A stretch of DNA of 64,000 nt from Podarcis vaucheri (lineage: Eukaryota): assembly GCA_965113315.1 (NCBI GenBank), contig OZ220364.1, one strand, 5' to 3'. The position numbers and the translations under genes were made by a program. Under the pieces are notes generated by a model. It worked only from the letters and a program-made list of their open reading frames with translations. It did no database searches and was not told the DNA's origin. The first letter of the stretch is position 1; each line of letters starts with the position of its first letter. Positions 1 through 12,791 of this stretch are shown piece after piece.

Positions 1-1016
1 TTTTAGTTCCTCTGAGCAGTTTCATTTTAGGGAAAGCTTTAACTGGCTGAAGTACCTGGTGAATCTGTCCTGGCAACAGAGCCAATTTAGCAGGGTGCTA
101 AGTTAGGCTTGCCCATCTGTTTCTGACTTGACTTTAGAATAGCAGGGCTTTGTTTCTTCCCCAGTGTCTGCTTTCAGTGGACCAGCAGATGTTCTGGTTG
201 CTATCTTGTTAGCAAGGAAGTGTTATACTCAAGACCTCAGGTAGCCAACCTGTGACTCTCTGGGTGTTGTTGTATTCCAGCTCCCATCAGCCCCAGCCAG
301 CATGGCCAAAGATCATGATGGAATTTTTACTTATTATTTTTTAATAACCTGTGTAGCCTGCTTTTCATCACAGATGTGAAATACAAAATAAAAAATCTGG
401 GAGGCCACTGGTTAGTGACCTCTGCTTATGTGAGTGGGCAACAAAGATCACCTAATGTTCAGAAAATTGGTGCCTGTTATGCAAGTAGATGTAAATTGAC
501 TAACACTATATAGATATCTAAAAGACACCAGCCCTGCGTATAAGGCAAAGTTATCTGTTGTTGACTATATCCTCAAGTCATTGACACCTTTTACTCTGCG
601 GGTATCTCTACATGTTGGCAAATTAGTAGTCCACTAGATGGAGCAGAAGCTATAGTTGTTGGATGGCTCAGTAAATAGGAATGGTTACATTTTGCAGTTG
701 TGGACTAAAATGAAATGAATGGGAAAGATCTGCCTGCTTGGTTCTTGTGTTTTGTAGCTGCCAAGTGGGGAGAGTGGCTTGAAATGGACATGCATTAATA
801 GCTGTAAATGTACTCTGGGTGGTGTTAAGGTCCTATATAAACTATAGATCTGTTATGAGTTCTTAATATGTATATTTAAAAAAAGAATGAATAGCACTTT
901 CTAGAAAAAAGTGGCATCTTCATATATAATGGTTGCTATAATAGAGATGGGTTTAGTAAATTATTTCCTGAATCCTGCATAGGGACCTAGGAGCCTAGGC
1001 ACAATACATCTAAATA

Positions 1017-1258
1017 CAGTGGTACCTTGGTTCTCGAACTTAATCCGTTCTGGGAGTATGTTTGACTCCCAAAACTGTTCGAAAACCAAGGCATGGCTTC
1101 CAATTGGCTTCAGAAGCTTCTTGCACCCAAGCGGAAGCCGTGTCGGACATCTGGCTTCCGAAAAACGTTCGCAAACCGGAATGCTTACTTCCAGGTTTGC
1201 GGCATTCGGGAGCCAATTTGTTTGGGAGCCAAGCCATTCGAGACCCCAGGTACCGCTG
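1017..1258. mobile_element. Tc1/mariner (Tigger/pogo-like) MITE
   Basis: TIRs CAGTGGTACCT...AGGTACCGCTG flanked by TA on both sides. Confidence 0.85.
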
Positions 1259-2009
1259 TATTTCCTAAACATGCCATAACAGTTATATGCAATCCAAATT
1301 GGTATCTCATTTGATTTGGCAAAACAGGACTCCAGTTGGTGGGGAAACACTTGAAAATTAGGAATACTAGGTGATGGTGGGTACTGTTGTGTCAGGCAAA
1401 CTTGTTCACTCCATCCCAGTTTCTCTTAATTTCTTACTTTCTCTTGATAGTATGTGTGGACTGACAATGGTATGTTCTTGGTAACCTATTGATTTGATTG
1501 CCTTTATAGTACATCTTGGCTCCCTTAATAATTTTTAGTACTGGGAGTGCACTTTTAGCATTACCAGAACCCTGGTGGTTGAATAGTCTGGTATAGCTCT
1601 GTCCACTTGTTGAAGAGCAGCTAGCCTCCTTGTTAAAGGTGAAGGGGCAGGATGCTTCTTCCATGTCAATCAGGCCCTTGACTGGAGAGCTTTAGTAGCA
1701 AAGTTCCTTGATTCTTGTTGGGCAACCTTAATTTCTTCAAGAACAGTGGAGATTGGATTAGGCCCTGACTCTGGGACTAGGTTTGGTGTTCCCTCCAAAT
1801 GCCCTGGGCTGCAGCCTGACCTGCTCAATGCTCTCTTGAGAAAGCATTTGGAAGAGGAAGAAAAGCAGGAGCACAATTTTCTAAAAAACAGAGCAGAGTT
1901 GGTTTCTGTATGAATAGCTTTGAATTGTGGAAACCGGAGATGATGTCTGTAGACTCTGTTACTGTGGCTGTCAATGTCTGTTTCTGAGTGAATTAATTAT
2001 CTTTTTCAG

Positions 2010-2080
2010 TTACCAGACTGGAAGAGAGGGAAGCAGAACTGAAGAAAGAATACAATGCTCTTCATTCAAGACATACAGAG
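2010..2080 (+). CDS. SPAG9: SPAG9 exon (TRLEEREAELKKEYNALHSRHTE), RH1/LZI region
   Basis: tttttcag acceptor, GAG|gtaggt donor, 71 nt, phase 1 to 0. Confidence 0.93.
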
Positions 2081-3399
2081 GTAGGTAAAGAGATATTCCT
2101 TGGAGCTGTGCTTTGAGAAGGCAGCTGTGCATCAGGGACTTGGTGGGAAGGGCATCAAGGGAGCTTCTACTGCACCCGTGTTTGCCAAGGGCTCTCTAAA
2201 GCTTTTGCTGTGAGTTTTTGGAAGGTTTTCCGTGTGTTCATTGAAATCCTTTATATTAAATTGTAGGGCAGAGCCGGATTGATATTGGCAGCATGCATGA
2301 TCCTAACATGATGTTTGCTGAGATGACTGAATTGAGGGGCAGGGGTGGGATGCAGGCTTATTAGCTTATTAGCCTAGCGGGAAACCAGAGTTCCCACTTA
2401 GTTTGTTTCAACTCTTTCTTTGCTTGAAAAGGTAGTCTGTCACCTTAGATAGTCATGTCACCCATTATGTTTCACGTGACTTAGAGAAAGACCTGATGAT
2501 TAGCAGTCAAATTTCTTGAGATATGCCAAGACCCTCCTTGGGGAGTACAACTTACTTTTATTTTATTTTATTTCCCCCCTGCAGCTTCTCTATTATATTA
2601 CACATTTTGAGTTTAGTACAAATATTCTTTGTTCAAAATATTGATAAATCGAACTGCTTATTTGCAAGAACAATTTGGCCAATGTAATTATGGTCAAGTT
2701 GATATAAACTTGTATTAGAAAAAAGCCCTCTCTGTTGCATGGAAACCAGTAGAAAAAAACTAAATTTTGTGACCAGTATTCATTAGCAGACGTGCATGAT
2801 TTTGTTGGCTAAGGCATGTTTCATTATAAGGCCTTCTGACTTGCTTGAGGCATTTCTAGACAAAGACAATTGGGAGTTACACCAGGCCTCAATGTTTGCT
2901 CCAACACCTCTTGCTCAGTAACAAATGTCACTTACTGGCAAATTGGAAGATGAGGAATTCTGAGGTGGCTGGTCCATCTCCCCGCCCTGCACTAAGTCCC
3001 TCTAATAAAATGGCTGCCCATGTGGTTCTGTAGGGGCAGCCATGTATTTTTCTTGGCAGAGTCAGCATGTTGTAATTTGCAGCTCCATTTTCAATGTGTG
3101 CTGTTGTAGCAGATACAATTTTTAGCTGCTTAGAGTAGCTATTACCTGTGAGGGAAGAAGAAAAATAGAAAAGGCAGCATTTGGAGAACTTCATAACAGT
3201 GTCAGTATTCGGAAAACTTGAAAAATCAGATCCAGGAGCTCTTTGAGGAAACCTGATTTTCTAGATCCATTTCAGTCGGGGGTTTAGGCCTGGTTTTTGT
3301 CACAGAAACTGCTTTGATTGCCCTATATGATCTGTGTCGAGTGAGGGACAGGGAAAACGTGTCCTTGTTAATTCTCCTCGACCTCTCAGCTTGGAATCT

Positions 3400-3930
3400 T
3401 CAGCTGGTTCAGTGACCAGGTTTCTCACTAGGACAAGACAATTTGAGTATGTCATGCCAATCCTGACCCGATTGCACTGGCAACCAATAAATTTTTGGGC
3501 CCAATTCAAAGTGCTGGTTTTGATCTTCAAAGCCTTAAACAGCTCAGAACCACAATACCTCAAGGACCACCTCTCTATGAACTGACCTGGAACGTGTGAT
3601 CATCAGTTGAGGCCCTTCTTCGTGTGCCTCCTCTGTGAGAAATCCAGAGGGTGGCAACATGAGAACAGGCCTTTTCTGCAGTGACTCCCTGTTTGTGGAA
3701 TGTTCTCCCCAGGGAGGCTTTCCTGGCACCTTCATTACAAATCTTTAGGCACCAGGCAAAAGCATTTCTCTTCTCCCAAGACCTATGGCTAATTAAACAG
3801 TCTAAGGCCTTTTAAACTGTGTGTTACTGTTTTTGTTTCTTACTATTTTATGTATTTTTAATGTTTTTATATTGTAAACCACCCTGTGATCCTTGCATAA
3901 AGGGAAGTGATTTATTTATTTATTTAAAAT
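3400..3930 (+). mobile_element. L2-like LINE 3' fragment (degraded)
   Basis: Remnant peptide PILTRLHWQPINFWAQFKVLVLIFKALN typical of L2 ORF2 end; (TTTA)n tail; boundaries approximate. Confidence 0.65.
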
Positions 3931-4581
3931 AAAAACTCGAAGGCTGACCATGTTCCAGTATGTACGTTTGAATGGAGATTGATTGAATTCCTCAAGCCAA
4001 CTCTAGATGTTTTGTGTGCCTGATGTTGTCAGCTTGAACTTTGTAACAAGTAGAAAAAATGCAGGGTACAACAGCTTTATATTTTTTGCTTTAAAAAGCG
4101 AACGCAGTCTTACAAAATAGTATTGTTGCCAATGCTGCAGCCTAGGTCCTGGTTGTTAGAAAAACCCTTGGCGATGAAAAGGGCTGTGAAAGGAAAATGC
4201 ACATACTGTTGGTGTTGATTGCAACCAGCAAAACCTTTTCCTTCCACACAACTACTTATGTAACTGATATGTTGAGTCGCCCGTTGACAGATCTTGACAT
4301 TATGTGAGTGGACATAGAGAAAAGTATGCAGTAGTAGAAGATAAATATTCAGCTTGATAAACAAGGATGAAGATCTGTAGGTTTTTAACTTCATGTGATT
4401 AAGATAGCAATGCACATTTGGCTTCTTCAGGAATATTGTGTAGGACCATATTTATTTTTAATCCATTTTTTCAGACATCAGTTGTGAGTCACTCTGGGAT
4501 ATGTTAATAATTCTATACAGTGCTGGTAGCTGGCGCTTGAACATAAATGAAAATGAGGGTTTAGCGAGCAGGAAGAGCCTA

Positions 4582-4907
4582 TGACAGGGAGCAGTTCGGA
4601 CTCCAAAGCTGCAGCAGAGCAGAAGGTCAAGAGACTTCTGAAGAACCCAGAGAGTCTCTCTCTCCTGCTGGATAATGGATAATGAGGAGGGCAGGACAGA
4701 GAGCAGAGGGAAACATCCAGGAAAGGAGGAGCCTTAGTAAGGGCGGAAGGCAGGGACCTCTGTCCTGGCAACTGCTCCATAGGGGCAGGACCTACTGGGA
4801 AGTGTTGCTGAGTTGTATGCCATTTCCTGGAATAAAGAGTTAACTTCACTGACAACAGAGCCCTGCGTCTTTCACGCTGATTTGTGTCTATGACTCCCAC
4901 CCTGACA
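4582..4907 (+). mobile_element. Probable solo LTR
   Basis: TGACAGGG...CCCTGACA inverted termini, AATAAA at 4831; TSD unclear. Confidence 0.55.
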
Positions 4908-7900
4908 CTTGATATGTCTCATTCACTTACACTTAGTACAGTACTTAGGAACCTAGAGACTGTAAGGCAATCTGATCCAGGGCTTGGTGGACAACAAACT
5001 CTATCCCCACCGAAGTCAGAAAGCATCTATGGCTTCAGCTCATTGGGAAGATGATAGGAACACTGTCAGAGAAGGAGGTGAACCCAGCCGTTCAGAGTCA
5101 GGATTGTGTGGTGATTTAAAACAAAAATCAAAATCCTTACTGATATATTCACAGCTAAGTCCTCTTTATGTCGTGATTTAGTGAGGACAAGGCAGAAAGG
5201 GCAGATTCGAATGCTGTCTACTCTCACTTCTTGCAGGACACACGCACACAAAGTCTCTTATCCTGCCTTTCTCTGATTTTTTTAAAAAAAATTAGAGGGT
5301 CTTGAAAGCTGAGTAGCTTAACCTTCCACCATGCAATATGACTCATGGCCCTGTTTGCACGTTAACTGTGAGTTATAGTTTGTAGCAAACTATGGCTTAC
5401 CATAAACAAGCAAAAGAGAAGCCTTTGGAATGGGGAATTTATCATTATTGTGGACCATAAGTGGCAGAACAAGTTCTTCAAAAAGAATCACTTCATGGTA
5501 GAAGGAATCCCACCAGCAATAGATGAACAGAACTTTCTGCCCATATTCAATCTTTGAGGTGTATTTGCATGTCCCAGTAAGAATCAGTCAGAGGTGTTAC
5601 CTTCACTTTTCATACTCATCAAGGACAGAGCATCGTTTCTTGGATTCACTAGTGCCCAGTGAGTTAATTAGACCATTAGCCGTCTTCGTGGCCCAACTGG
5701 TGGGGACATCGTGGCATCCAGGGACACATGTTGGAAAGTATTTGGGAAAGTACCCCATTTTTCAGAGTTGTCTGCTCTAAGCTATGTTGCATTTTATAAG
5801 AAGGAAACATTCAGGTATGGAGTGATATCTTTGCTAGCTTGTAATCAATAACAGTATTGGAAAACCATTGTGGTAGCTTCTGTACAACCAGCCAAGAATG
5901 GGCTGAAAGAAATGGTTGTAATGATGGGAGAACTGCACACATGAAAAAGCCACCTTGGATCACTTGGTTATCTAGTCAAATCAGTTTGTGTCAATAACCT
6001 CCATAATTCTCATCCTGATTCTGTAAATCATTAATGCAAAACAAAGAGTAGTCTTTTTGATTAGGTATTGCATATGACATCCTAGTAGAAGTACTCTATG
6101 TTGATTCAGCTGATTCAGGCAATGAAAACTAATTTGGATGCTGCCTTAGTGCTCCTTTTAGAAGCAAAAGAGAGAATAGAAATTTCTAAACCAAAAAAAT
6201 GTCATTAAACCAGTTGTGATTTATGAAGACTTAAGGTGTGATAGCCAGCTAAGTCATACTTTGGGTAGACCCACCCCACTGAAATCAATGGGCAAGTTAT
6301 AGTAGTTTATTGATTTCAATGTACCTATTCCAAGTATGGCTTAGTTGGATATCATTCAAGGCTATTATTAATGTACGTCCAGCCTGGCAAGTGTAATTGA
6401 AAAACTTAAATGATCAAGACTTTATAAAAAAAGAACAGAGCAGCAACTCTACAGCTCCAAGATATGAATACGATTAGAATATTGAAAAATCACATTTGAT
6501 CTCAATAATGGAAACTAACATCTCTACTATTTTTTTAGGTATGCTCTCTTTCTTTGCTATGTCTGGTTACATGTGCTGATTTGGTTCAGCTCTTCCTTCA
6601 ACAGTTGCATCAGTGCAAAACCTGCTATTTTAACAGATATTGAGTAATTACAAGGATTAGAAGGACTCATCTCTAGGCTACTTGTCATAGATTTCCCTCC
6701 TGGAGAGCAGCCAAGTATGAACAGAATAATTGGTTGCAAGCACATGAATGAATGCTGGTAAAATTGAAGCATTAGTTTTTAAGATATGATTGGAAGCAGT
6801 TATATTTTGGGTGGGGGAGGAATTGTGTACCACTGTCCAGTGGTTCACATTGATCCATCTCTGCCTTTTCGTGACTGTTGACCAACACTCTGTGTTTTGA
6901 CTTTATGTGGCCACCCATCCTTGTTGCTTAAGTCATAGATTACTTCAGGTCAAGAAGGTGATAAATTTACACTGACATATATGTCTTTGGGAGAGAAACA
7001 GATTGTCTAAAAACAGAACTAGCGAAAATATTTCTGTGTTAATGATCATGTTTGGCTGTTTTGGCTACATGGCAGTCTATGTGCTACTTTTGATAATATT
7101 TTGACTTTTGTGAACAGTAAGCTAAATCAATTTTTATTCCTGGTTTATTAGCCAGGGAAACACATAACTTGATTATTTATGAGCAAATGTGGTTAATGCT
7201 TCAACTCTTGGAAAACCTAAGTTTTATTCCTGTCCCATCACACCTTTTGAATATGTGTAAAACAATTTGATTTTCAACAGAACCACCATGTTAATGAAAA
7301 AAAGGATAAAGACATTTTTGAAATGGAATTTCCTTCCAGATCCTGGTAGGAAAAGCTTATTTGTAAGTTACACAGACCTTTCTCCCCAATATATTGAACT
7401 AGATGCATTAAATATCTTGTACTACAAGGATTCAGGATCTGTTGCTCTTCAAAATCTTGGGCTGTCAGCCCCAGTTGCTATGTCCAGGGACCAGGGATGG
7501 TGGAATTGCTAGTACAGCACCATCTGGAGGGTGCTGGGTTGGGGAGGCTGATGTATTCTTAATTTGGAAGGGTGGTTTGTAATAATAGCAGGTATGTATA
7601 AATCCCTGGTTATGAAATGATAACCAGAAGGATAATTATGTATTTGTTTTGTAAACTTTATCTTCCGTTGGATTGTTTTTGAATGATGAGTGGGTTACAA
7701 ATTATTCCTCTTTAATATTCTGCATTTCAGCATTAAAAAGTTTGGGCAACAATTGCAAATATCCCAGTGAGGTTAACTTAATTGAAGCCATTACATTATC
7801 AGTACTGGCAAAGCAAAAGTCAACAATAGCGTCATAACTGTTGCTGTTCGGGGTGCTGAAAAGACAATTGAAGAAAAAGAGCAAGTGGAAGCCATTGTAA

Positions 7901-10758
7901 CTATTCTTACATAGCTCTGCTGTGCTAAGTGCATGTAGCTTGTGTCACTTATCTATTGTCTTGAAAAAGTCTTGCTACTCTTCCAATGCTTGTCAGATGA
8001 CAATGGTTATTTGTAATACTGAACAAGTTTAATGCTTCATAGTATGGGGGTAGCAAATAAGCAGGGTTCCAACCATGAGCCACTGCAACTTGAGAACGCT
8101 AACTTTAACATTTGCAACTCCCTGCTGTGTAGAAAGCATGATTTCTCCCTACTACAGAAAATCTGTCACTGTATAGGATTTCAGCAGAAGCTCCTTCGGG
8201 GAATTGGGAACCCCATTCAAGATCCAGGAGAAGCATCACCTGAGTATCCGTTATGAAGGTGTCGGTCTCCCAGACACAATTGAGATGATTGAATTTTGAG
8301 TGTTGACAGATGTACTGGAGTGATACGAATGTGCATAATTTTATGGCTTCTTCTCTTCCCAAAATGTCAGGGACAAGTTAACATGCACCACCAATTTTGG
8401 AGTAAAGAAGAAATAGTTTGAGGGTGTTGTAGTCATATGTGGTTACATGGGTTGGGGTAGGGAGAGATGCATTTTTTGAGGAACAATGAAGGTAATCTTT
8501 ATACCTCCATAAATCCGAATCGTAATATATGACTCTATTCTGATATGGTTGGCTGTGTCTTCTAAAATCTGATATAAAATGGTATACATTGAAATTTTAT
8601 TTATAATTCCTTTTAACTGTGCATCCGGTTGAACTCTCTCACAAGCTTTATGGGCCATGAGTAAATCAATTTGTAAGCTGAAGAACTTTTAAGTACCTGA
8701 AGTTTTTTTAGACCCAGTAACAAATTGACTCAATACATTTTTAAAATCAGATATTTAAGAAGGTGGTACACATAGTTTCAATTGTGGTATAATTATTTTT
8801 TATCGGAAGCAATCTTGTGGGCATATATAGCAGAAAAGTGGAACATGAGGAAAATGAATAAATTAATCATTTGCATAGCAACTGCACATGCCAGTCCTTA
8901 ATGGGAAAAATAATGTTGTATCCAGTGCAGCCATTTTATTCCAGTGTAGATTTTGGTGACATGCAGGGAGAGGAAGGGAAACAAGTTTGGATATTGTCCT
9001 TAGTGTAAAGAAATAGTATTTTAATGTTTTGAAGTTGGTTTATTTATTGTTTGTTTGTAAGTCATATTGGAAATAGTTGTGTATTTTAAAGGTGGAATAT
9101 AAATGATAAATAATTGTCATTATATTTCCCACTGTGTTTTAAAAAGAAAGAGTGGCAGCTGTGTCACATGTGTTTGAGATGCAGAGTATTCACAAATCAC
9201 TTAGACATTCAAATCGGCTGACGGTGCAAACAAGACCTCACAATATCATCAGTATAACAATGTTAACATTTTTTAAAGTATTCCGTTGGTAGTTATTAAT
9301 GGTAAACACTATTTCTTCTGCTTCCTTCATTATTTGGGCACTAGTAATGCAGAACTAACTGCTTGCAGCTTAGAGCTTAATCTAAAATGTCCCCGAAGGC
9401 TGGAAAAAACAATTATGTTGCATATTGAGTGACCACAGTGTGATATTATCTGATGTGATGGTTTGTTCAGCTGTAAATAGTTTCATTTGCACTAGTTATT
9501 AGTTCTGCTGTGGAGAGAATTGTATTAAAATGTTGCCTATTGAAAAAATTGTATTTTCATGTTAAGGTCATATGTTCCTTCAGAGAGACTGAGAGATTTT
9601 TTCCCCTATATGTTTTAATCTTAGAGATATTTTAGGTACCTCTTGTAAAAGTGCATCTGAATCCTGTGGACATGTAACTTTTTTCTCTGCATCTTCTTGT
9701 CCTCCGTCATGGCCAGAAATGTTCAATGTTTCCCTCGTTGACTCCTTCCTAGCCACTTAGGGGAAACAACACATTTAGAACACATCTTCGGAGAGAAGAT
9801 TTAAAAAAAGCTTAACAAACCTCTTTAATTAAGTTACCTTACCTTGGAATTTGGACAGGTAGGGCACAATTTCAGACCCTTGTGGAATGATGGTGCCTTA
9901 ATTCTCAGATTAAAAAGAAGTCCATGGGGTTGCTAGGATCCTTTGGAGTACATTTCGTTGTGCTGAAAACTTTAGAGAGTACAGCTGGGTGAACTGGGTC
10001 TGGAATCAGCCTAGTGTGACTGATTATGGAGCCACACAAAATCAACAGATTTGGGATGAGATGTGATGGAGGATAACATGCCAAGTTCAAGGGGAATAAA
10101 ATCGGAAACTATTTGACATTTTACTTTTACCTTATTGCTTTTAAGATGTGATGCACCTAGGATCCCACTTCAGTATAGAGCAGGTTTCAGGCTCATATCT
10201 GCCCTGCTCTGCCCTTTGTACATGAAAGAAAGCATAGGAGTCGTGCCTGAAGAAACCTGTTCATTTTGCAAAATACATGAAAGATACGTGTACTGTGTGT
10301 TTTCTCAGTTTACTCTTGCATCTCTTCCACTCACTGGGCCTCCTGTCTATTCTGTCAATTTGCACCCGGGTGAAAAACTATTGGTGTGTATTTGTATTGT
10401 GCTGCTCAGATTGCTGTTTGCATATGCTGGAATGGGGACCTTGGAATAATCAAGACAGTCAGTGTAAAAGATCAACGAATAGCCTTCTCAAGGTGTGTTG
10501 TCAAGGTGAAATTTCTGTGCATACTGGGAGGGGAAAATAACATTGCTGTAAAAAAGATATTTAATGGTAAAATGTCTTGATACTTAGGTTACTTCATAAA
10601 TGGAATTAAGTTTATGATCCGAAAACAAAATACTCATAGTACCTTAAGAGAAGGTTTATTCTTTGGAGCAGGTGGTGGAGGCATATATTGTATTTCCATT
10701 CTGCTTAAACAGATATGAATAGTTTTCTAAAGTAATCCCCCCTCCTTCTTAATAACAG

Positions 10759-10853
10759 ATGATTCATAATTACATGGAGCACTTGGAAAGAGCCAAACTT
10801 CATCAACTGACTGGGGGTGACCAGCTAGAACCCATCATGCACAGTAGAACTAG
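10759..10853 (+). CDS. SPAG9: SPAG9 exon (MIHNYMEHLERAKLHQLTGGDQLEPIMHSRT)
   Basis: aacag acceptor, AG|gtaagc donor, 95 nt, phase 0 to 2. Confidence 0.93.
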
Positions 10854-11149
10854 GTAAGCTTTACCGATCTTTGGCTGAAGATAATCTATTATATTTTATC
10901 TTAAAGACTTGGTTCTTTGTCTTCAAACATTAGGCTGAATGATGGGGTGGAATTATTCATAATTGCAGTATATGAGGGGTTATCGGAAGGGGCGGGTTAT
11001 GTTTTTGCTGTTGGGACACTTCAAGGCCTGGACTGGCTATCTGCTAATATTTTAACTTTAAGCTTGTACACATATATCTGGTATGACAAGCTGTCCCTCC
11101 TTTTCATTTTCAAAAAAAGCAGCAGCGAAAAGATTAGCAATTAAAGGTT

Positions 11150-11589
11150 TTGAAATAATTGAATCGCGGTTGTCTGATGTGTACCTTCGGGCACATGTCT
11201 GTGAGAGGGCGTCTCTGGCGGAAGCCTTGTGACTACATTATGTAGATGTCGGAGCCTCCCATCCAATGAACTGGAGCTGAGCAGCCGAGGTTTGAAGTAG
11301 TGGGGAGGAGAAAGAGGCGATCAAGCTTGCTTGTATCTTTAGGTTGCTGCATAGATGCTGGGGAGAAGAGAAGCAGCTCCATGGTGGTTTTTTCTCCCGG
11401 TTAGGTGGGGGGGGAGAGTGAGGTGATGTCATTTTGCTTTGGAGCGGCTGCTGCGGAAGAGAGTGGAAAGCCGCTGCTGATGGCATTGTTTTTGTGGCAG
11501 CAAGTGAATGACAGACACTCACTACAAAGATACTCCCTTGTCCCCTGCGTAGCCTTGGTTCTTGCAATTCACCATGCCAGCGCAGCGCC
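11150..11589 (+). promoter_or_regulatory. Putative internal promoter / 5' UTR of short JIP4 isoform
   Basis: Local CpG/GC rise, CCAAT at 11263, TGATGTCA (CRE-like) at 11424, directly upstream of the alternative start ATG; TSS not determinable. Confidence 0.5.
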
Positions 11590-11750
11590 ATGAGTCCTGG
11601 ATGCATGCTGCTATTGGTGTTTGGCTTCGTTGGCGGGGCGGTGGTCATTAATTCAGCTATTTTAGTCTCTCTCTCTGTTTTGCTGCTTGTGCACTTTTCT
11701 ATATCCACTGGCGTGCCAGCTCTGACGCAGAACTTACCAAGGATTCTCAG
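11590..11750 (+). CDS. SPAG9: Alternative first coding exon, hydrophobic N-terminus MSPGCMLLLVFGFVGGAVVINSAILVSLSVLLLVHFSISTGVPALTQNLPRILR
   Basis: GCCATG start; CAG|gtaccc donor in phase 2, compatible with the exon at 15830; near-identical to the recalled mammalian short JIP4 N-terminus. Confidence 0.85.
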
Positions 11751-12728
11751 GTACCCTGAACTACGGAGCCTTCTGTCATTTTTGCTGTATTCTTTGTTCT
11801 CTGCTTCCCATTATTTCTCTTCTCTTGGGAGGGGAGGCAGGAAGGAGAGGGTGGGAAGATGCTAATCTCTTAAGTGTCTGTTTCAGGCAGAATCTAGTCT
11901 CGGTGTCTATAGGCTGTGCAAAAATCATAAAAGACCTGTTTTAAAATGTAAAAATTGGCTTCATTGTGCTTTCTTTGAGACTACAAAGTCATTTGTGTTC
12001 TTGAAGGCTATTAGCTTTTCTCTTTTTATTGCTGAATCCTGTAAACGGCATAAAAGTGCTATGTGAATACATTGTGGACAAAGCTTGTATTCACTGTATT
12101 GTCAGGTGCTTGACTAATGCTGGGCAGCCTTGCTTCTGTGGTCGTTTAGGCCTTTCATTTATTTGGTTGGTGCTTTACTCCAGAGAATTCTGCAGAATCT
12201 GCTAGCGGATAGTCTGTGAAACTATTATAATAGCACCTTTGCATCTTTTTGTAAATCGAATGCTGACAAGCTAAGGTGTAGACTGTAGAGTGAAGAAATA
12301 GGGTTTAAATATCTTGAATTATAAGAGCAATGGCAAAACTCTTTTCATAGGAGATTGTAATTTGACCAGTAATATGGCTTTCTGAAAACTTCTGTTATGT
12401 ATTTAAAAGTATGTAATCCAGTACTTTGATGCATCAGGGCAGAATTTGATTGTGCTTAGTAAGCAAAAGTAAAAAAATCAAAGTGCAACTTTTTACAATA
12501 TAGCAAACACTGTTTCTAACTTTATTATGGCTAATATAATTGGTAGCATCCATACTACCCATTGTGAATAATTTTACCTTTGTTGTTACGTAAAAAAAAT
12601 GTTGTTATGTAAAGTGAGCTTCATCCATGTCTTTAAAACAGCATTGTTGACCAAATAGACATTGCTTTACCTCTGATTCTTAGATTCTGCTGGGGGAGGA
12701 TTCCCAAATATTTTATGTTACCCCAGAA

Positions 12729-12791
12729 TTGCAGGGGTTGGACTAGGTGACCCTTGTGGTCCCTTCCAGCTCAACAGTTCTGTGATTCTAA
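12729..12791 (+). mobile_element. CR1 LINE 3' end
   Basis: GGTTGGACTAG..GACC..GGTCCCTTCCA..TTCTGTGATTCTA tail. Confidence 0.7.

Noticed and set aside
961-1350. Five overlapping ORFs
   Set aside because: They lie over a non-coding MITE and show no transposase motifs
11238-11708. 156-aa antisense ORF
   Set aside because: Shadow of the GC-rich alternative exon and promoter; no recognisable domain
11590-11865. Unspliced 91-aa micropeptide
   Set aside because: Recalled homology stops at the donor at 11750; better explained as a spliced first exon
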